Virus record (IMG/VR): IMGVR_UViG_2822819870_000002
Coordinates: 57,657 to 77,656 of that record
DNA: 20,000 bases
Source of the DNA: an uncultured virus (IMG/VR IMGVR_UViG_2822819870_000002)
Lineage: Duplodnaviria; Heunggongvirae; Uroviricota; Caudoviricetes
Strand: one strand, 5' to 3'
Each line of letters starts with the position of its first letter. Position 1 is the stretch's first letter. Positions 14,258-20,000 of the stretch are shown here, piece after piece. The notes beneath the pieces were generated by a model. It searched no databases. It was not told where the DNA came from and saw nothing but the letters and a program-made list of their open reading frames with translations. The position numbers and the translations under genes are program-made.

Positions 14258-17200
14258 TTGGCGACACAAGAAGAATTAGTAGTTCAGTTTAGAGCGGAAA
14301 CAGATCAGATGCGAAGAGAAATGGCGGCTATGCAAAGTCAATTAAATGATTTTGTTAGAACAACAAATCGTACATCTTGGGAGTATCGAAGAAGCATCGA
14401 GAATATGGGGGATGCGAATAGCGAATTAAGTAGGGAAATACGTGAAATAAACAGACAACAAAGAGAAGCTATGAAACCGCATATAGAACAATTAAAGCGA
14501 GTAGAACTTCAATATTTGCAAACTGCTATGAGCATGGATATTTATACTGGTTCAGCTCAAGATTTAATTGCACAAGTTAATGAGATTGGTAAAGCGCAAA
14601 AAGCTGCCAATGATGCATTAATAAACAATAATGTTGAAGCAAAAGCTGCTATTTTAGAAACAATTGCAACCATGAACAATATGACTCCTACAGCAACTAG
14701 GCTCAGAGACAATCTAAGAACAATGGGAAATCCATTATACAGCTTGTCACATGGGGCGTTAGCTGTAGGAGAGGCTATCGAAAGAATGGCGAATAGGGGT
14801 AGTGCGGCACAATTAGCATTAGAATTTGTTGGTCCGAATGCGTCAATGAAAGAATTAAACGAACAAATACGAGTAATAAATACGGGATTAATGCGAATGC
14901 AAATGGTTGCGCTCGCTGCTGCGATTTCTTCTGTCTTATTGTATGGCGCATTACACAAGGCTAACATGGAGATGAATCCAAAATATGCTGAAGCATATAC
15001 AAAAATGCTAGAAAAGCTATCTGAAGCCTTTAATCCGATGAAAGAAGCTTTCGCAGCAGTTATGATACCTGTTTATAAATTCGTAACCGCGATAGCAGAA
15101 TTGATAATTAAATTTAATGAAGCACACCCGGTTCTAGCTAAATTCATTCAGGGAACTATGATGTTAGTTCCAGCATTAACATTGATTCTTGCTCCCTTAG
15201 CAGTCGGTATTGGACTTCTAAAAGGATATAGAGCAGCCTTATTTTTAGTTTGGCAAATGGTGAAACCATTGGTTTTAGGGTTAATGGTCGTCAGCCCTGT
15301 AGCTTGGGCTGTAGCTGCTGCAATTGCTGGATTAGCAGTAGGGTTTACGTATGCATATAAAAACATAGAGCCGTTTAGAAAAGCCGTTGATAATACTGTA
15401 ACAGCGATCAAAGGCTTATTCCAGTTGGTATTCGGAAGTCAAATAAATGGCGAAAAAATGCTTAGTTCTATCGGAATGAACGATGAGGTTATACAAGGAA
15501 TCAATAAATTTGTAGGCAAAATTGAAGAAGCATTTAGAATAATGAAAGAAGCTATTGTACAGGCTTTCCATGGTGATTTTTCTGGACTGACTGAATTGTT
15601 CAAAATAATTTTTCCTTCATTACTTGCCGTAATTATTGGCGGTGTACCTGGGCTAGTCATTGGAATTGGCACTATGTTCGCAAGGATGACAGAAGCAACT
15701 GGTGTTGGTGGCGCTCAAATGGTTACTAAGTTCGGGGAAATCCTGAATAACTTAGTTTCTGGATTAACAAATTTTGTAACGACTCAATTACCTGTTTTTC
15801 TAGAACAAGGAATTAAAATAATCACTGGAATAGTGCAAGGGATCACGCAAGCACTTCCACAAATTGTAGCAGCCGTTTTGCAAATCATTACAACCTTTAT
15901 AACAGGTATCACAACGCTGTTACCGCAGATTATAACAATTGGTATTTCTTTGATACAAACACTCGTAACGGCTATTGTAACGGCTTTACCTGTCATTATA
16001 GAAGCGGCGGTTCAGATTATAAACGCGCTTGTTCAAGGTATTACACAGATGTTACCTATGATTGTACAGTCGGCAATACAAGTTATAACAATGTTCATTC
16101 AAACAATAATTCCTATGATTCCTATGTTAATAGATGCAGGGATTCAAATTTTACTATCTTTAGTTAATGGAATCATTCAAATGCTACCCCAATTAATTGA
16201 AGCGGCTATTCAGATTCTGACAACATTATTAAATACCATTGTTCAAAATCTGCCGTTAATTATAGATGCAGGGATTAAAGTCCTTAATTCATTAATTGAG
16301 GGAATCATTCAAGTGCTACCTCAATTAATTGATGCTGTGATGCAGATCATTACGAAATTCACTGAGGTTGTTATTCAAAATCTACCGCAAATTATTGAAT
16401 CAGGAATGCAAATTTTAATAAAACTGGTAGACGGGATTATTCAAATGCTCCCTCAGATTGTAGATGCGGTTATTAAAATAATTACGAAGTTTACTGAGGT
16501 TATAGTACAAAATCTACCACAAATTATAGATGCAGGTGTGCAAATATTAACTAAATTAATAGACGGGATAATTAAAGTGCTACCTCAATTGGTTTCTGCT
16601 GCAATAAGGTTAATGGCGGAATTGTTAAAAGCAATTATAGAACATTTACCACAATTGCTAGCAGCTGGCGTTGAACTAATAGGTGCTCTAATTGACGGTA
16701 TTTTGAGTTTAATTGGCGAAGTATTCAGCTCAGGTGTAGAAATTGGCAGTCAATTATTAGAGTCTTTAGGAAATGTCGATCTCTTTGAAACTGGGGTAAA
16801 TATTGTTCAAGGATTAATAGGTGGAATTGGTTCGATGATTGGCGATGCAATAGATGCTGCGAAGGATTTAGGAAGTAGCATTGTTAGTACTGTAAATAGA
16901 GTATTACAAGTTAAGTCCCCTTCTAGGGAAATGCGAGATACAGGTAATTACGTCGGTGAAGGTTTAATATGGGGTATTAACCAAATGGAGAACCCGGTTT
17001 TAAGAGCCGCAAAGAATATGGCAGTAACAGTGAGGAATGCATTTGATTCGTTATCAGAAGGGATTTTACTTGGTGATGTTTCAATGGGGGCTGTATCAGG
17101 GACAACAATTCCAATGGTTTCTGCTGGATACAAAACACCTGCAAATGCCTCAAGAATATCCGCAATTTCTAATTTTGGACAAGATGCTGTAAGTAAAAAC

Positions 17201-17356
17201 CAAAATGGAAGCAATACAAGTGAATCGGATGGACAAACAACAAATAAACAACCGGCTTATATTAATGTACAGCTTGGCAAGCAAGAATTCTCAAGATTTG
17301 TTGATGATATTACAAGTCAGCAAGAGGCTGTTAAAGAACGTAAGCAAGCGTTTTAG
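14258..17356 (+). CDS. Tail tape measure protein (1032 aa)
   Basis: TTG start with RBS; helical N-terminus, hydrophobic segments, periodic LPQII..G.QIL..LI.GII repeats and C-terminal SPSR..G..G.GL..G motif. Confidence 0.92.
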   Translation: MATQEELVVQFRAETDQMRREMAAMQSQLNDFVRTTNRTSWEYRRSIENMGDANSELSREIREINRQQREAMKPHIEQLKRVELQYLQTAMSMDIYTGSAQDLIAQVNEIGKAQKAANDALINNNVEAKAAILETIATMNNMTPTATRLRDNLRTMGNPLYSLSHGALAVGEAIERMANRGSAAQLALEFVGPNASMKELNEQIRVINTGLMRMQMVALAAAISSVLLYGALHKANMEMNPKYAEAYTKMLEKLSEAFNPMKEAFAAVMIPVYKFVTAIAELIIKFNEAHPVLAKFIQGTMMLVPALTLILAPLAVGIGLLKGYRAALFLVWQMVKPLVLGLMVVSPVAWAVAAAIAGLAVGFTYAYKNIEPFRKAVDNTVTAIKGLFQLVFGSQINGEKMLSSIGMNDEVIQGINKFVGKIEEAFRIMKEAIVQAFHGDFSGLTELFKIIFPSLLAVIIGGVPGLVIGIGTMFARMTEATGVGGAQMVTKFGEILNNLVSGLTNFVTTQLPVFLEQGIKIITGIVQGITQALPQIVAAVLQIITTFITGITTLLPQIITIGISLIQTLVTAIVTALPVIIEAAVQIINALVQGITQMLPMIVQSAIQVITMFIQTIIPMIPMLIDAGIQILLSLVNGIIQMLPQLIEAAIQILTTLLNTIVQNLPLIIDAGIKVLNSLIEGIIQVLPQLIDAVMQIITKFTEVVIQNLPQIIESGMQILIKLVDGIIQMLPQIVDAVIKIITKFTEVIVQNLPQIIDAGVQILTKLIDGIIKVLPQLVSAAIRLMAELLKAIIEHLPQLLAAGVELIGALIDGILSLIGEVFSSGVEIGSQLLESLGNVDLFETGVNIVQGLIGGIGSMIGDAIDAAKDLGSSIVSTVNRVLQVKSPSREMRDTGNYVGEGLIWGINQMENPVLRAAKNMAVTVRNAFDSLSEGILLGDVSMGAVSGTTIPMVSAGYKTPANASRISAISNFGQDAVSKNQNGSNTSESDGQTTNKQPAYINVQLGKQEFSRFVDDITSQQEAVKERKQAF

Positions 17357-17371
17357 GAAGGAGGGAGTAAA

Positions 17372-18850
17372 CTGCTTATTTTTAATGGTATCGACTTAGA
17401 AAAACAGTTTACAAATAAAAATAATGACGGTTATCTTTTGGTAGGAATACCAAAAGGTCGCGGTGTAATGAGTGATGAAATAAGCAGGATTACTACCCAA
17501 AATCGTCCTGGATCCCGCTATGTGCAAAAGAGAAACCCAGAGGTGCCCCTTGAAGTAGATATTACACTTAAAGGGGCCTCTTCTTTTGATTTAAGAAAAC
17601 GCCTAAACGAATTGAATTCTATATTAGATACAGAAGAAGAGGTACCGATTGTATTTACAGATGAACCTGAAATGACATATTACGGTATGAAAGAATCTGT
17701 GGAGGAACTACTGGAAACAGATAGACTTTACCAATGCAAGATAACTTTTATTTGTACGTCAGCATTTAAATTAGGTACACAACAATCTGTAAAAGCGAAA
17801 ATAGAAAGTAATAATTTACTTAAAGCTATAGTGAATAATGCAGGATCAAAGTTTGCTGATCCAAAATTTAAGATACAAGTAGAGAACCCTTCTACATTTA
17901 TCGATATTGTAAATGAAAATGGAAATCAGCATTTCCGTATAGGATATCCAGTTAAGGTAGATGAAACACCGATAAATCGGTACGAATTGGTTATGCACGA
18001 TAAAGCGAATTCCTTAGTGGGTTGGACAGAAGTAGGGAAAGATTTTGTGTCAGACTACGGAATCGTAGCAGGGAAAATAATCGCAGACGGCGCACGTTTT
18101 ATACCATCAGATTACGGTCAAGGTCAATATTGGCACGGACCCGCAGTGAAAAAAAGTATCACTGGAGGTCCATTACAAGATTTCACGCTTGATGCAATAG
18201 TCGAATGTCGAAACTTAAATCCTGCAACTATGGGACGTGTAGAACTTTATTTATTAGACGAAAGTAGCGTTGTAGTCGGAAAAGTAGGTATGTTTGATGC
18301 GTATAGAAATTCTAGCGAGAATTTCGGTGAAGTCATAGTAGGAAACGGTGACTACAATCATAGGATTATAGCGGAAACGGGTTATTATCGTACAACATGG
18401 AATGATTTTTATGGTCGTCTACACATTGCGCGGGTAGGGAACTATTGGCAAGGTGATATTGCTTTAATCGATGAAAAAGGAAATTATCATACGGAAAAAT
18501 TTGCCCAATGGTACGATACGGGCAATAGCTTTATGAAAAAGGTTGCGCAGATTGTTGTGCATATATGTGCATTTAACGATGCGTTTCCGCTGACTGCAGC
18601 TGTGCACGATATTAAAGTGCAAAGAGTAAATAGCAATACAGAACGTCAAATCCCCTACATTGTTCAAAAAGGAGACGTTGTAGAAATTGATTCATCGGAT
18701 GCCAGTATTCGTATTAACGGCGCGGATGCAATTAATATAAAAGACTTTCTGAGTGACTATATACGTATTGAAAAAGGGAAAAACGATTTAACTGTTTTTC
18801 CAAATAACATAGGTCAAGTAGAGGTCACGTATAGGGAGCGTTATCGATGA
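17372..18850 (+). CDS. Distal tail protein (large, 'evolved' Dit), probable CTG start
   Basis: AAGGAGG (17358-17364) lies 7 nt before an in-frame CTG, giving M-LIFNGIDL; FTDEP..YYG, ITFIC and GKNDL...YRERY Dit motifs. Confidence 0.85.
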   Translation: MLIFNGIDLEKQFTNKNNDGYLLVGIPKGRGVMSDEISRITTQNRPGSRYVQKRNPEVPLEVDITLKGASSFDLRKRLNELNSILDTEEEVPIVFTDEPEMTYYGMKESVEELLETDRLYQCKITFICTSAFKLGTQQSVKAKIESNNLLKAIVNNAGSKFADPKFKIQVENPSTFIDIVNENGNQHFRIGYPVKVDETPINRYELVMHDKANSLVGWTEVGKDFVSDYGIVAGKIIADGARFIPSDYGQGQYWHGPAVKKSITGGPLQDFTLDAIVECRNLNPATMGRVELYLLDESSVVVGKVGMFDAYRNSSENFGEVIVGNGDYNHRIIAETGYYRTTWNDFYGRLHIARVGNYWQGDIALIDEKGNYHTEKFAQWYDTGNSFMKKVAQIVVHICAFNDAFPLTAAVHDIKVQRVNSNTERQIPYIVQKGDVVEIDSSDASIRINGADAINIKDFLSDYIRIEKGKNDLTVFPNNIGQVEVTYRERYR

Positions 18851-20000
18851 ATAAAACAAATAATCTACTACACATTGTGGACTTTAAAACAGAGCAAATC
18901 ATTGGTGTTATACAAGAAAAAAACTATTGGAACGATATCCGCCAGTGGGAGCTCAAAAATAATATAGACCAATTAGAGTTCAATACAATGGACGGAACAA
19001 AAATATCGGCGTCTCTTGTACAGCAAAATATTATAGTAAAACAAACCAGAGATGGCACTTTTGTTTCGTATGTTATTACAGAAGCAGACCAAGATGCAGT
19101 AGATCGTTCTAAAAAAATTCACGCACTCGGGGAACATACAAAGCTAAAGAAAGCGGCAGTAATTAAACCACAAACGTTACAAGCTACTACAGTCAACGAA
19201 TCTATGGACTTTGCTTTACAAGGTACAGAATGGAAACGTGGGATTACGGAGTACAGTGGTGTAAGGACTATTCATATTAAGGATTTCACAAACCCGCTTG
19301 ATTTCTTAAAACAAATCGCATCTACTTTTGAACTTGAGATTCGTTTTAGAACAGAAATACTGGGTTCTTTTATTGTCGGTCGTTATGTAGATTTAATAAA
19401 AAAGATTGGCCGTGACAATGGGAAAGAATTCGTGCTAGGAAAAGATGTACAAGGCATCCGTCGTATTGAGAATAGCCAAAATGTAGTAACAGCTCTTGTA
19501 GGTGTTGGGCCATCTAAAGAAAATCCTGATACTGGGAAAGAAGAGTTTCTAACATTTGAAGATATTAATGGTGGAAAGTTGTACGTAGGTAATAATGATG
19601 CATTACAACGCTGGTCGAAAGATGGTAAGCATTTATTTGATATTTATTCACCTCAAACAGAAGATCAAGATATGACGAAGCAGCGACTCAAACAATTAAC
19701 CGAAGCAGAATTAAAGAAACGAATTGATAGTTCTACTCTATATGAAGTGGATGCTGTAGCACTTGAAAAGGTGTTTGGTTTATCTCATGAAGCGGTTCGT
19801 AAAGGAGATACGGTACGAATAAAAGATACAGAATTTAGTCCACCACTTTTCTTAGAAGCTAGATTAATAGCAGCTGATGAATGTGACACTGATCCATCGA
19901 AGGATAAATATATCTTTGGTAATTATCGTGAAATTAAAGATACACGAAGCCTGATCGATAGGTTATACGCACAAATCATGGGTAGCTTATCAAATAAAGC
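18847..20000 (+). CDS. Tail-associated protein Tal / phage minor structural protein (truncated by window end)
   Basis: ATGA overlap with the Dit stop; MNKTNNLLHIVDFKTEQIIG..., ALQGTEW, GKDVQGIRR and VVTALVGVG motifs; open to the window end. Confidence 0.85.
   Translation, partial: MNKTNNLLHIVDFKTEQIIGVIQEKNYWNDIRQWELKNNIDQLEFNTMDGTKISASLVQQNIIVKQTRDGTFVSYVITEADQDAVDRSKKIHALGEHTKLKKAAVIKPQTLQATTVNESMDFALQGTEWKRGITEYSGVRTIHIKDFTNPLDFLKQIASTFELEIRFRTEILGSFIVGRYVDLIKKIGRDNGKEFVLGKDVQGIRRIENSQNVVTALVGVGPSKENPDTGKEEFLTFEDINGGKLYVGNNDALQRWSKDGKHLFDIYSPQTEDQDMTKQRLKQLTEAELKKRIDSSTLYEVDAVALEKVFGLSHEAVRKGDTVRIKDTEFSPPLFLEARLIAADECDTDPSKDKYIFGNYREIKDTRSLIDRLYAQIMGSLSNK

Noticed and set aside
15780..16700. 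Periodic nucleotide repeats in the tape measure gene
   Set aside because: Explained by ordinary TMP amino-acid periodicity.
4564..18667. Numerous antisense and alternate-frame ORFs within structural genes (e.g. 6141-6536, 9196-9684, 14557-14967, 17205-17399)
   Set aside because: They overlap confidently assigned genes, lack RBSs and are expected by chance.

Overview
AT-rich Bacillus (cereus-group-like) temperate siphophage or prophage segment. From 4532 to the window end there is an intact + strand morphogenesis operon. It has a PBSX/skin-type head module (TerS, TerL, portal, gpF/gp7-like minor head, XkdF-like protease/scaffold, XkdG-like capsid, YqbF/G/H-like connectors, HK97-gp10-like, tail terminator) and a non-contractile tail module (major tail, chaperone with probable -1 frameshift extension, 1032-aa tape measure, large Dit probably starting at CUG, truncated Tal). 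Positions 1-4500 are an accessory region that is unusually rich in non-coding structure. It holds a >700-nt run of consecutive G-U-rich + strand hairpins (candidate large structured RNA), a sigma-H-like moron, a sigma-K-like promoter driving a ~90-nt ORF-less RNA, a ~92-nt minus-strand sRNA candidate, and a serine resolvase with a res-like site. It also has a duplicated bidirectional double terminator that flanks two paralogous small membrane proteins and a 3-codon minigene. Family assignments are from motif recognition only; no searches were run.
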